Assembly: GCF_001194135.2 (NCBI RefSeq)
Contig: NC_068981.1
Location: forward strand, 172,327,564-172,391,563
Source of the DNA: Octopus bimaculoides
Taxonomy: Eukaryota
Direction of reading: 5' to 3'
DNA length: 64,000 bases
Shown: piece after piece, positions 28,226-42,173 of the stretch
Position numbering within the stretch: position 1 is the stretch's first letter
How the letters are laid out: each line of letters begins with the position of its first letter
The notes under the pieces: model-generated
Databases searched by the model: none
The model's input: only the letters and a program-made list of their open reading frames with translations
What the model was told of the DNA's origin: nothing
Program-made: the position numbers and the translations under genes

Positions 28226-30463
28226 CAGTGTTTCTCAACCTTTCTTTCCGGTGCCCCACTTTTTAATAACAAAATATTTAGTGCCCATCAACAGTTTTTT
28301 TTTTTAAATTAGGAAGCATGACTTTTAATTCAATTACCTGGCTGTCAGATACCTCATCTCATTTAGTGAGAACCCTGTGCCTGGTGCATACAGCACAGAT
28401 CCTTGATTTGAGGAGACAATTTCACTAACTTCAGCCGTAAATCGCCACATTTTGCAATTTCAAGCTGGTTTCTCTTGGCTTCCAGCAAATTGTCAACTGC
28501 ACTGAATCTGTATTCAACCAAATAAAATGAAGGAAAATGAATCAATAGTTCTCTTGCTGATGTAGAGATGTTGGAGTATTTTCTTTCAAGCTCATCACAT
28601 AACCACATATTTGTACCTTTCAATTTAAACAAAGTCTTCACTGATTCATCATGTTGCAATTCTGATAATTCTTCTTGATATTGAACTGCAGCATCAGAAA
28701 CGTCATTCAGCTGTGGTTGAGTTAATGAAGAGGGAAAATTCATTACCTTCAAATCACAAAATCTGTCGTTGAAGTCCTTTATTAAGATATTCAAATAGTC
28801 AATAATTACAGTGGTAGCATCATTCATTATCTCACATTTACTCAACTGACTGAAATTTCTTTTGGAAACATCTTTTTGGCATATTTCAAGGGTTGTAATG
28901 AATCCAAAAATCTTTGCTTTTGCATCAACAAGTATCATGTTTGCACCTTGGAGTTGCTTATTCAAGTTTCCAAGTTTCTCAAAGATGTCTGTCAAATAAC
29001 TGACAAGTGCTTTTCCATCCATTGTTGACAGCATTTTCATTTCACATTTATCACCAAGAAAGTTAAGCTGATCAAATAATTCCATGAACCTTTTTAAGCT
29101 TTTTCCTCTCAATAGCCATTATTATATGTTCGATTATTACTTCCGTATGAAGCAATAATCGAACATGCTCGGCACTTTGATTTACACAAAACTGCTTAAA
29201 AAAGACATTTGGCTTTGGGATTTGCATGCTGTTGACACACTTGATCACAGCTCATAGAATCTCATTAAGAACAGGGGACAGTTTCTTGGTAACCAAGTTT
29301 TCTCAGAGTATGATGCAAAGGACAATCAACATGTTTAGATTTTCATCCTTCATCACTTTTAGGCATCCCATTTTCTTGCCCATCATAGCAGGTCATGCCG
29401 CACATGACAGTTTTCTTTTGGTATTTTGTTTGCATCCAAATAATGTTTAAGTTTGCTTTGGATATCCTTTGCAGCTGTAGTTGTTTCCAAATATTTGCAA
29501 AACATCTCTTGAAAAGTCTCATGCTCAATATATCTTACATAAGTCAATAACAGGGCTTCACTGTCCCAAAATGTGGATTCATCCATTTGTAATGAGAATT
29601 TTCATGATTTTAATGTCTCAATAAGCTGGTTTTCAAAATCTTGCCCCATTTCATCAATTCTGTTGGAGACAGTGTTATCACTGAGTGGCATGACCCTGAC
29701 ATCGCTATCATCTTTTTGCAATACAGTTTTTAAGAATATTGAGATAGCTGGTTTAATCAGTTGTTTTCCAATAGTGTGATTCTTTCCATGTTTTGTTATA
29801 AGCAGGGAGATTTCATAGCTGGCTTCAAGGGCACGAATGTGGGACACATGTTGTGCAGCAAATAGTGAAGTAAGTTTTCAAAATTTTCTTTCAGTGATTT
29901 GAAGTACTCCAAATCTGAATTAGAATTGTTGGGATGTCTTATCCTGAAGTGAGCTTTTAGCCTGCCTGCCTGCCTTCATTGACTCGACTCATTGCTCATT
30001 TCTGATAACACAATAGGCAGAACAGTTTACGCTCATCATGCTCATCAGGAATAAATCCAAACTTCAAGAACGCCACCAAATATTGACAAATCTTCTTGCT
30101 TTGTTTACTCATTTTAAAAAGGGCCGACACAAATCCAAGAAAGTGATGAAGCAATGATGATTTTTGCACAGCATAGAAAGAAAGGGATTTGAAGCATTAA
30201 TCAGCAGTAGTGAGCAGAGTTGACTGCTGCTTTTATAAATACTTGACACTGGACAATAGATATTGAAACAGAGAAACAAACACCTAACAAATGCTGATTG
30301 GCCGTAGCTACGAGTCTTATGGTTTAAGTATGAATATTACATGGCGATGTTTTTTTCATTTCAATATCCAAAGATAGGCTTAGGGTTGACATGTGTGCAC
30401 TGAAGTCACTTGCAAAAATTTTCACCACCCAAGCTAATGCATGCCCCACGTTGGAAAACACTG
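28226..30463 (-). mobile_element. hAT DNA transposon, Charlie/Buster type, 2238 bp, with TIRs and TSD
   Basis: TIRs CAGTGTTTCTCAAC (28226-28239) and CAGTGTTTTCCAAC (reverse complement of 30450-30463), 12/14. 8-bp TSD CTCTAGAC (28218-28225) versus CTCTAGAT (30464-30471), with the central TA typical of Buster/Charlie targets. Confidence 0.93.
28363..30112 (-). pseudogene. Frameshifted Buster/ZBED5-like transposase of the element above
   Basis: ATG at 30112 (MSKQSKKICQYLVAFLKFGFIP...CLLCYQK, BED-finger-like); PLSDNTVSNRIDEM; DESTFWDSEALLLTYVRY; HVRLLLHTEV; C-terminal 249-aa ORF ending HQAQGSH. Several frameshifts. Confidence 0.9.
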
Positions 30464-33400
30464 CTCTAGATCTACACTAAAAAGACACTCTGCATCAGTT
30501 ATCCAGAAAGAAATGGAATGATAACTTCCTTTCCTTTTCTCAATGTCATTAATAACTGAAAATTTCATTTCACTGGGAAAAATTGTTTACGGAGATATTT
30601 ATTTCAGTGGTCCAGTAAAATCTTTTTTCTGTTATTAGTTTTGATGTTTCTCACAAGCTGGGGAGAAATAGCAGCACTCTTTTGTCAGTAATGCATTGTC
30701 ATTACAAAACGAATACAAGACATTCAAGTATTCACATTAGTTATGAGAAATGCCCATCACACTCACAACTTCTTAAAAATGTAACTTAAAATTGTCACAG
30801 TACACATAGCAAGCAACATCTATTTTTCCCTCTCATTAAGCCCTATTTCACCTTATGATTTGTACTGTAGATGTATTTTATGATGCATGTTTTTGTTACG
30901 GACAAACAAAGTATGTGTGCATGCGTGCAAAATCCATTCCTTCCTCCAAAATGTGTAACTTCTATGGGTGTAAGAGTTTCCTGGTGGCAAACACATTATT
31001 AATAAATGCATATTTTGTGAAAAGCATATCATTCCTTAAAAAAGAAAGAGTAAAACAGAAAAATTTCTTTGTAGGCCATTTTAACATTAAAATAGGAAGT
31101 GAACAAACATCCTGAATTTAAAATGAGCATATCCAGAAATATTTTCAAATGTCGATGACTATTTTTCCAGCCTAGCATGGGTTAAAATTGGTCTACTAAT
31201 TTCTGTTATTATATATAGTCTTGGAGCTCTTATAACTAAGTGTTATTCTTATCCTGAAATAGGACTACTACTCAAACTGTAGGTTTTCAATTTTTAATAT
31301 TCTCTCATAAATGGTATTTAATAGAAAACTTTCTCTTAAAGCTCCTATAAATTCAGTTGTATTCATCCTACATATCTATGTTGGGTGAATGTTAGTTTTA
31401 CTGAAGACTTGGTTCATTGTTCTGTATGTAAAGGCAAGTCAATTAACCTGAAATAAATATATAAATAAGAGTAAGGAGAAACAAACTGCCTTGTTAGATT
31501 TATTTTCTCATTAAAAACTTTCAACTTCATGATCTAGGTAAAGCAAGTTAATACTTGTTCTGAAGATAATAGCTACATTGTCCAGAAGAAGAGGCAACAT
31601 TGTGTAGATTTGATTTATTGTTGAATTAAATTGCTTCTTTAGTTTTTAAAACAATAAGTGAGAAAAGATTTTTTTTTTAAATATCAATTTACAAGTTTGG
31701 CAATTCTTGTTGCATTATACACAATTTTATATTAAGACTTCCATTAATTAATTTGAATGTTTAAGTTAATTCCTGGGTGGTTATGTATATAAACTTCATT
31801 TTTCTCTTCTGCTTAATGTATTGAACATAATAATAAATATTTGAGTGAAGTAATTGATTAGGCATGGTGCAGGACTTGTCACACATTTACTACAATTATA
31901 GACAAGCACCTTTTTTTCAAGTAGTGACTATTTGTCTTATTGGAACTTGGTTTTAGTTTGATAGGTTGGTTAGTGCTGAGGAAGACATTCAGTTATAAAA
32001 TACATTCTTAAATGTTCTATTTATAACTATGTGAATGTAAATATGAATAGTTACTGCTATATAAGTGTTATTAATTTACAAGGGTTGATTTCTTATGTAA
32101 GCGTGTGACCTTAGTTTTATTATGGAAGAGACATTCATGTGTTTCTTGAAGCTGTTAGTTATGTCACCTGTTTCAGTTGTCATGAAAACATGTTATACAA
32201 AAATAGTTAGCAATTAGAGAACCCATGAACTGCATGAGCAAGTGGGGGAAGTCTTTATGTAGCTACTTAACCTGCTGGAAATAACAAACAAATATCTCTC
32301 AAACTGACCCTTCATTAAAGAATGTTATACTGGTCCTATGTCAGTCAAGGTTAACTCTACATCTGCATATGTATGGGCAAGTATGGGTGTGATTTTTTTG
32401 AGGATGACTGGCGGTTGCCCATGCATGCAAGTTTCCTCTCTCCACATCACTGATAATTATCTATGGGAATGGCCACCAACCAGGGCTGGTACAGCTTGGC
32501 ATCAGTGTTGTCAGAATAGAATAAACCAAAATAGATACTGCTTAACATCTTACCCAACTCTCTAACAGTTCTACGAATGTATTGCCCTGGATTTTTACTT
32601 TTTTGATCAACCCCAAAAAGATAAAGGGTAAAGTTGACACCAGCAAGATTTGAACAGAACAAATGCTCTAATAACTCTGCCAATTTGTCACCTTATCAGA
32701 CATACAAAAATACTGAATTGTCAGAAATGGGATGCCTTTAATCATAAGTCGATTCAATCAGATCCTGGGGCTAAACATCTCTTTGAACTAATCAAACAGC
32801 TCACTAGTTATAGCAGAGAGTTTCTATTTGTTGAGTGACCTAATTTGTGCTACAGGTGGTTGTAGTGAAAGTACAGTAGCTAATGTAAGAAAGGGATGAG
32901 AAGTTCAGTGTATCATTTCCTCTTTTCACATCAACAGGATCCTCTCCCCACACAAAAGGCATATCAATTGCAGCATGTTTAAGAAATGTAATACTGCTTT
33001 GTAGTAAGACATGGATATTGAATATGTACAATCTGTGAAAACTAGAGAAAAATTAGTCAAGTATGATCTATTAGATGTGTAAGGTCAACTTGATAAAAGG
33101 CAGAACACACATGAGTTTACTAAGTTGTTGGGCATTCCATGCATCAGCCAATGTAAGTAGTCATAACAGTAGCACTAGTAATTGACATGTGACATGAAGG
33201 GATGACAACCTATACTGATGACCTACTCAACTCGTACTAGCATGGATAAATGGATACTAAGACAAGGACAGCCTCAGCAATGAAACAGCAATACATCTTG
33301 CCAAGGATTTGCTGATGTAACATGGCACCACCCAATAATTATATTAAACATAGAATAAAACAAGCAAATGAAATTATTTTGTTCATTTAAGTCATCATGG

Positions 33401-35518
33401 TTATAATCATGTGGATGCATGGCTAATGTATGATGTTGATGCCTGTATATGGTCAGATGTAATGTATATGGTCAGGTGCTTGTTTTTCATGATTAATCAT
33501 TATATATACAAAAATAAGTTTAGTGCTTGTATTTGAAAGAGTAGTGACATAACAGTTCAATATGTTCTTTAAATTATATATCATTCCTACAACCAAGGCA
33601 CTTGAGTGACATTGATGGTAGTGTATCAAGCAAAATGCCTTCAAGCACTGGTTCCCAGACTAATGAATACCAGTTCTAACCCCACCAACTAAAAAGTTAA
33701 AGCTTTTGTCTCTTCTTTCATCACCAAAGTGTTGGACAGTTCAATCATTTTTAAACCATCTTAATTTTATTAAACTTGGTTATTTGTCCATCTCCTTTTC
33801 TATCTTCACAAATCCCACTCTTAAGAGAAACACTGCATTACAGTATTTAGTTTTGTCTCTGAGTCGATAAAATAAGTACCAGGCTTGATTGGTGACAATC
33901 CTGTTGGCTAAATGCCCTACCTTACTAATTCTGACCATGTACCAATATAAGAAAGCATTACTGCTACAAATTAATTCAATTTTGTTTTTTGTTTGTTTTG
34001 GTGGGGGTGGTTGCAGTGCTGTATACATGACACATTTTGAGGATTCTATGCTGTTTTAGTGGATAGTTAAATTTAAAGTATATAAACTTCTAAAGAACCA
34101 ACAAAACCTATCCTACATCACAACTACATCTTCTCCATAAGAAATATTAGTGAATAAATAGTATCTCTTAGAGATAGACTTAAGTTTCCTTTAAACAACC
34201 ATATTTTGGCATTTTACCAACATTTTTCTCTGGTGCTGTTTTATATGTTTTCCTTCCTTTCCTTCATCAGCATCTGCCTCTCTGTATCTTTCTTAATAAA
34301 ACTTCAATAAAACATTCCTCTCATCTCTCTTGTAATCAACAATTTTATTCTGCACTAAACAACCTCTAGAACCAGCTGTTTCATCCTTATTGCCTACAAT
34401 AAAGCCTTACTCACTATTATTTTCGTTCAGTATTTATGATTTTTAGCCAACTTCATCGAAAGATTGAAGCTGTTTACCTACAATCTACTCTGTAACTTTA
34501 GGAAGACTAATGTACAATTATAATTTAGCAGTAGTATGTTGAAGTATAAGAAATATGAATCCAACATATATGCATGCAATAACCATCTTATAATACAGAA
34601 GAATTAAATGGGAAACCACCTCAAATATTTAACCAATAAGGAAGCCCCTACATGGTCACTTAAGATGCTACAGTAGCAGCCAAATCACCCTCATATTACA
34701 CCCTGGTATCTTAAAGCATGGGATATGGTATTGGACAATGTTGTCTTTTTTTTCCATTTAGAGAGGGAAGGGCAACATCTATGACCCTTGAAGTTTTTCC
34801 AAGGCCTCTAAGACTGGTGAATAAAAGGGAAGAAATCTTCAAACTAGAGACCCTGTCCAAATGCTTGCAATTGAGTGAACTTCACAAAAGGCACCTAAGG
34901 ACCAACTGGTGATATTAAACTAGGTGGGAAATAATGTCTACCATATCCCAAAAATTCAAAACACATAAAGCCAGAACAAGTACTACAAGACATATTGTCC
35001 AACTGTATTCCACTACTCTATTTTCAATGGGCTGGTATTGAAACAAACCTGCAAGGCATTTTGTTAAACACTATATCAACTTTACCTATTTGTTTCAGGA
35101 AAAAAATGACAGAATTATCACAAACCCTTCTTGATCAGGCTAGGAAGTAAAATCCATATAATAAAATCAGAAAAAAAAATTAATTTGGTTATTATGGCTA
35201 TTTAAATACTCATCCCTTTGATCTTGTTATGCATTTTCAATTACAAAATACAAAGCTTGCTAAATTTGATATTCCCTCCTCTTCTCAAAAGTCCTTAGGA
35301 TTTTGTTGATAGAGAAGTTCTAAAGAAAATAAATGAAGGATTTAGTTCTAAGAAGTAATAGCCATTTCTTCAGAATAATACTAAATATATGGTTTCATAA
35401 AGAAAAATCAGTTGAGAGTGGACCCCTTGAAGACAAAGTGATTGATAGCACAACAGGAAAGAGGAACAGCTACACATTTTCTTTTTAAATTTTTGTATTT
35501 AAGTTTCTAAGTTCTATA

Positions 35519-35885
35519 CTCTTTTACTTGTTTTCAGTCATTTGACTGAGGCCATGCTGGAGCACCACCTTTAGTCGAGCAAATCGACCCCAGGACTTAT
35601 TCTTTGTAAGCCTAGTACTTATTCTGTCGGTCTCTTTTTGCCGAACCACTAAGTTACGGGGACGTAAACACACCAGCATCGGTTGTCAAGCGATCGTGGG
35701 GGGACAAACACAGACACACATACATATATACGACAGGCTTCTTTCGGTTTCCGTCTACCAAATCCATTCACAAGGCTTTGGTCGGCCCGAGGCTATAGTA
35801 GAAGACACTTGCCCAAGGTGCCACGCAGTGGGACTGAACCCGGAACCATGTGGTTGGTAAGCAAGCCACTTACCACACAGCCACT
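35519..35885 (-). mobile_element. Family A SINE, young (CpG-rich), lacking the extreme 5' bases
   Basis: Near-identity to 38574-38941 (same spurious ORF ...RRHLPKVPRSGTEPGTMWLVSK). Confidence 0.92.
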
Positions 35886-36933
35886 TCAAGTGGGTGGTGT
35901 CACCCATTTCAATCAATCAGTTCTTTATACTGATGTCTACTTAAGGTTTAAAAGCAGAAACTCTGTCTAGGAAATGAATTTAAAAGTATCTCCCTTATTT
36001 TAGATCTGTTTTATGTTCTCTTACATTACATTCATCATATAGACTTGCAAGTTGCTCTATACATTTATATACTTTGATTGAAAACTTATATAATTATAAA
36101 TGATGTTCACTGAAATGCAAAGCAAACTGGATATAATTGATTTATATAAATTAAATTACTCTTTTTAAGTAAAAGAAAAGTTGCTCATAAATAATAATAA
36201 ATGGTACTGTCCGATATAATCTAATATTTAAACATTTTTTGGCCAAGAGCGTAAAGTCAGTATCTCAATAAACCAAGTTTAAAACACAATTTGATTTCTT
36301 AATTGAAAACATTTCATTTGACTTACACCACTTGAGCTAAAAGAACTTCTACATGTGAGTACTTGACTTGCTAGAAATATTTGGCAAATTTCCTTCAAAT
36401 GACACTTTACTTAGAAAATTGACAAAATGGATAATGTAGTATTAGATATGCAAAAAGACGGAATGCTCACGGCTGGAATGTCTTTAATCATAGGTCTGCC
36501 CAGCCAGAATTGACCTGGAGACTAAACAATATCATTTATGCTCTCAAAAATGGTAAGAAATTTCACAACCTTTGTCTCCATTACATTGTATCTTTATAAA
36601 GTATCCATATAGTTGAAACATTTTCCAATTGTCATAGAGAATCTACTTCATCATTTTCCTCTGCAACAAGGAGAGAAAAAATATTGGTAGTCCATTTTAT
36701 TCTATATCTTTTAAAGTGGGGAAATTTCTAGTTTTCATACAGCATTATTTTTACCTTTTATATTATCCTAAACCATGCAATGGTGAATGTTTGCCCTATA
36801 AGCCATTATGTTATGGGACAAGCATTCATCATAGGAGATACCATATGTGTCAGATATACATCAAACTCAATATATGGTCAGAAAGTTGTCATTTGGATAT
36901 AACTCTGCAAGCCAAAATCACTGAGATATTCAA

Positions 36934-37625
36934 ATCATCACCATTGTCATTATTTTGTCTATTTTCCATGTTTGTATGGATTGAAGGAGTCTTTCCAGGA
37001 CAATGTCTAATCAGCTTGTTACAGTCCCCAATCATATCTATGAGATCAGGCTTCTTTATTTATTCTTATGATTTATATGGTCTTCCTCTTCCACAAGTCC
37101 ACTAGATATTTCACCAAACTGTCATCCTTCGCATACATTACATGTCCATATTAGTAGTCTTACCTTCTGTATACCACAGCTGATTTGTCTTTTACCCAGT
37201 TTTTGACTCAACTCATTTATGTTCTATTGTTCATACACACCAACGGAGCATATTTGTCTCATTTCTTTCCAGCATATGCACATCTTCAGTGCCTGTGCCT
37301 CACCATCATGCAATATTGCACATCATACTCAAGCATCATATAATCTGCCCTTTTTCCATCCCATTCTCACTCTGCGTTTTCTGAACATACACATCCACTA
37401 CTGATTAAGTCACCAAGGCAACAGAAGCTCTCAACTACTTCTAGTAAGCTTTTTGTGCATTTGAAATTATCAATTTCATGAGTGCTCTTTCTGCTAACTG
37501 CTCCCATACATCTTATCTGAAAACCTTCTCTGTCGGCTTGTCTTTGTTCTCATTGCATTTCTTGTGCACGCATAGTTTCATTGGCTTAGAATTCAATACA
37601 GAATTCCAACTTATTTTCTAAAGCA
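36934..37625 (-). mobile_element. 3' part of an RTE LINE including the 3' UTR and (GAT)n-like tail
   Basis: Minus-strand remnants LEVVESFCCLGDLISSG, RVRMGW, KGRLYDA, LERNETNMLRWC, GRGRP, then ccatacaaacatggaaaatagacaaaataatgacaatggtgatgat. Confidence 0.8.
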
Positions 37626-38171
37626 TGAAAAACAGCTGTGACCTACAAATGCTCAAGCTGAACATCATCCACTTCACTCTAACCAGTCTGTAAGGACTTG
37701 TAAAAATCATAGGCACTATCCCTCCTCCTCTAACAAGCTTATAAAATTAAAAAAGTAAATGAAATACTTGCTAAATATACAGTGGTGGGTTGTACCACAC
37801 CTTATATACATGCTTATGTCTATGTAGACTTAAATTTTCAGTCTTGAATGTATGACAGTATTGACCATGCACATGGAGCACTGCTAGAAACAGGTTATAC
37901 AGTGCCAATTTTAAAACTGGTATTCCATCTTTCATCTCCTCTTCCTACTATGGCTCATAAAATATGAAATATGTGTAACCAAACACCAACTGATCAAGCA
38001 AGATTCTTTAGATTCTCTAGCAAAATGATTGGACTACTAGATAAAAATGATTCCAAAATTCCCTAGACACATTCCATTCTCTCAGGAAATCTGTCTGAAA
38101 CTTAGACATTTACCATTATATATTCAAGGATCCAAATCATTACAACTTGTTGTTGTTAGCTATAGCAGCAG

Positions 38172-38345
38172 CATCATCATCATCATTTAACGTCTGTTGT
38201 TCATGCTGGCATGGGTTGGCTGGTTTGACTGGGCTAGCATGCAGGAAGACTGCACCAGATTGATTTGGCATGGTTTTCTACTGGATGCCCTTCCTAATGC
38301 CAACCATTTCAAGGGTGTAATAGATGCTTTTACATGCCAATTTAC
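38172..38345 (-). mobile_element. Family C / RTE-tail repeat
   Basis: catcatcatcatcatttaacgtctgttgttcatgctggcatgggttgg...ggatgcccttcctaatgccaacc. Confidence 0.75.
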
Positions 38346-38573
38346 ATGACACTGTTATCTGTCACCTCCTTGAAATAAGTGCATACACAATCTATGAATA
38401 AGTGAACTGGATTTGGTTTTGCAGTAGTTTACGTTTGTGGAATTACTCTTAGTAAAACCAAGTATGTAAATTTCTTCAAAATTTATACTTTTTTTCTAAT
38501 TTTCTTCATTATCCAGTGATAGAATTATTGTGTAAAAATATGAGAAATTTCAATGTTTTTTAAAAAGAGTTTA

Positions 38574-38941
38574 TCTCTTTTACTCTCTTTTACTCTTTTA
38601 CATGTTTCAGTCATTTCACTGCAGCCATGCTGGAGCACTGCCTTTAGTCGAGCAAATCGACCCTAGGACTTATTCTATCGGTCTCTTTTGCCGATCCGCT
38701 AAGTTACGGGGACCTAAACACACCACCATCGTTTGTCAAGTGATGTTGGGGGGGACAAACATATACAGACATATATATACATATATACGACAGGCTTCTT
38801 TCAGTTTCCGTCTACCAAATCCACTCACAAGGCTTTGGTCGGCCCGAGGCTATAGTAGAAGACACTTACCCAAGGTGCCACGCAGTGGGACTGAACCCGG
38901 AACCATGTGGTTGGTAAGCAAGCTACTTACCACACAGCCAC
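38574..38941 (-). mobile_element. Family A SINE with a tandemly repeated GTAAAAGA(GA) 3' tail
   Basis: tctcttttac x2 plus tcttttac at 38575-38601; body as in the other family A copies. Confidence 0.92.
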
Positions 38942-40391
38942 AATAACATTGCTAAAAATAACTGCTGAGTTATATTTTCTTAATTGTTTAAAGGAAGTTT
39001 CTTCATTAATTACAGTATTACTCTATAATCTATTAATCTGGCAGATTGTCTTTGAAAGCTTGTATTTGAACAAATATCATATGTATTGTGAAATATATAA
39101 AGAAACTATATCAAGCCTGTTGAAGGGTTTCTAGTTGGTAAAGCTATATATGCTCTAGAGTAAATTGAGAGAAGTTGTTTTTTGTATGCACATGCAGGTT
39201 TTCTAGTTAAACCTCTAGCAAAATATAAAATGTATTATTTAAAAAGACCACAATGTCCTATTGCCCAGCTCTCTTGTTTAGAAGGCTGAATTTTAATTTT
39301 GATTTTAAAATCAATACTTTTGTTGTTATCCCTCAATAAATTGTTTCAATGATGTCAATGGAATTTACAAGACAAAGAAATCATGTTTTGGAGAAAAGAA
39401 AATCAGTTAAATATTTTTATTTTGTTGACTTGTTTATACTCTTAATGTGAAGTCAAAAAATTTACAACTTTAGGTTGCTTTAGTCTCCAATGACTGAAAC
39501 AAGTGAAAAATAAAGATGGATAAACATTTGACCTACTAATGGTAATGCTAAACCTCAATTTCACCAGTTTGGGATGACCTGTAAAGATCATGGGCACTGC
39601 TCTTCTCCTCTAACTTATAACAAAATGAAAACAGAAATTCCTATTTTTTAAGGCGTCATTAATTCATATTGGCTACTGCGTTTTAAGATTTTATTCCTTT
39701 GTTTTTCCACTTAGCTATTGTGAAAGGAGTGTTTTATACTGTTTTGTTTTGTTATTTATCAAAGAAAATTTAGTAGACCATTTTCAGACATGAGATTTAG
39801 AACAAGTTTTTAGATCTTGTTACATTAGAACTACAATGTAAATAAACCAGCTTTCATTCGTCTGTCAAGCACCAACAAATGTTGCTATAAGGAAATTAAA
39901 AGATTTTTTGGTAGTTATTATTTTTTATAAGAGAATGTTTCTTTACAAGTAAACAGTTTGCATTTATATTTCTTTTCCAAATAATTAATTAATATTTTCT
40001 GAGGAAAATAGTAGAAGTAGTTCACATTTATGTAAAGCTGAAATTTACAAGACTGTTGAAAAAAATAACAAGTCAAACTTTTCTGCTTGGGTTGCTTTAA
40101 GTCCCTTATTACTTATTTGTTAATATGTAATTCTGGGAACTCCATAAAATATAATTGTGCTCATTTAGATAAATACTATTGGACAGATATGTACCATAAT
40201 GAATGAAGCTCTCAAAATCTCAGAAAATTTGTTCATCTGATTAAAAGTAGAATCTTAAAAGAAAGTTAGAGACAGATTATCTGTAAAAAAAAAAAATTAA
40301 ATCATTGAAATAACTAACCATTCTTTTCATTACATAATATCAACCGTCAGTGACTAATGTTGCAAATAATTTGTTTTTCCTTTCCTTTCAG

Positions 40392-40531
40392 TTGGACAGA
40401 TTCAAAGAACCACCAGCATTTGGTCCAATGTGTGATTTATTATGGTCCGATCCTCTGGAAGATTTTGGCAATGAAAAAACTACAGAACACTTTACACACA
40501 ATAGTGTTAGGGGTTGCTCATATTTCTACAG
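40392..40531 (+). CDS. PPP3CA: Calcineurin A exon (exon 6 equivalent), 140 nt: [46 protein letters not shown](S)
   Basis: Acceptor tttcctttcag, donor GTGTGT at 40532; DLLWSDP and RGCSY motifs. Confidence 0.97.
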
Positions 40532-40680
40532 GTGTGTAATATTTTCCATTTTTTCATGGAAATGTCTAACAGCTGGACATGTTAGTATGTACAAAACCTA
40601 TTATACTGAATGACTTATACATAAAACATTTGGCTTTGTTTTCAGAATTTTAAATCTCACTGTTTTTTGCATTTTTCCAG

Positions 40681-40758
40681 CTATGCAGCATGTTGTGATT
40701 TCTTGCAACAGAATAATCTATTATCTATAATCAGGGCACATGAAGCTCAGGATGCTGG
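40681..40758 (+). CDS. PPP3CA: Calcineurin A exon (exon 7 equivalent), 78 nt: (S)[25 protein letters not shown](G)
   Basis: Follows a 149-nt intron; acceptor atttttccag, donor GTAGGT at 40759; RAHE motif. Confidence 0.97.
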
Positions 40759-41368
40759 GTAGGTATAAATTGTTTTAATAATTATTTGTGGAATATCATC
40801 ATTTTATATTCTTCTCTACTCCTATTTGTCAACATATTTGACAATTTAATGTACATTTTATTTTGAGTATTCTATATGCTTTCAATGAATTCCTTCCAAC
40901 AGTTTGTTGCAAGAATTCATTGTCTCATGATCAAGCTAAAAAATTTGAATAGCTAAAATACAACCCCACTTTCTTTATGCTCTACATTTTCCTCTCACTG
41001 AACAAAGAGTTCTTAACCCCTAATCAATATTTTCAATCAATTATCACTGCAAGGTAAGAAAATATGCTCCTATGTGTATTAAATTTGTTTTTCACTTGTT
41101 TGCCCCAACATTTCACTACACTATCTTTACTGTTAGTGATTCATTGCTATTGACTTTTTCTCTGATAAACAATCAAAACTCAGAGCAATAGAATTATGAT
41201 CCATCTAAAGCATTTGACTTAACTGTCCAATCATTGTAACTGAATTTACCTAAAATAGTTTAAATTCATTCAATTGGATTATGACATTAATATTTTAGCT
41301 TGAGTTTTGATGTTCACCACACAAATCATTTATGAAATTAAAAAAGGCTTCCTGAGCAGTGAGAGAAA

Positions 41369-41725
41369 TCATCATCTTCATTTAATGTCTTTTCCATGCT
41401 GGCATGGCTTAAACAGCTTAACAGAAGCTGGCAAGCCAGAGGAGTATATCAAGCTCTATTGTCTGCTTTGGCATGGTTTGTACAGTTAGAAACCAACCAC
41501 TTTGTTGTTAGATTCTGCATCTAGAAACTAAAACCAACCACTTTACAGAGTGTACTGAGTGCCAGCACCAGCAGGGTCACCAAATAGCTTGCAAGACAAA
41601 CATCTCTCACCTGGGAAGAGCAGTAGTATTGAGGAAGGTGGCTTTGTGCTAGTTGATGAGAGGTTAAAATATAATTGAGGGATAGGTGTCTAACTGTAGA
41701 GGAAATACATGGCTACTCCAGTTAG
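41369..41725 (-). mobile_element. Older family C / RTE-tail repeat
   Basis: catcatcttcatttaatgtcttttccatgctggcatgg tail and ctttggcatggtttgtac body. Confidence 0.65.
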
Positions 41726-42173
41726 AAAAGAAAAGAGAGAGAAATGGTGGTGGGGGAGATGTGTTGAGAGGATATACCCTCCCAGAGTACAGTAGGAGGG
41801 GTGAATGAATATAAGTTATGATCATCCAAAGTTGGTGGGGCAAAAATCTGTAGTTATGCCTTAATTTTTTTTTTTTTTTTTTTCATGTTTTTGTTGTTTT
41901 GTGTGTATTTTTTCTTCTAAGATTTTACATTACTCAGCCTCCACTTATTAACCATTCAGTATATTTAGGTAAATTCAAATTTTGCTTTGGGAGGTTGTTG
42001 GAAGAAAATCCAAGATAAGGAAACAATGTAAATTGAATGTGAATTTTTCTTTTTACTAAGAGAAAAATTTATATTACTCAGTACTTTTGTTGGTGAATTT
42101 TATATACCATGTCTAGTTTATTTAATACAAAGGTATGTAAATTACTATTCAAAGGGTATTATTTTTATTCCAG

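Noticed and set aside
42082-42132. 51-nt in-frame open cassette ([17 protein letters not shown]) ending at a strong donor AAG|GTATGT at 42133
   Set aside because: The downstream intron would be only 41 nt, the acceptor has a poor pyrimidine tract, and the insert would land in the catalytic core.
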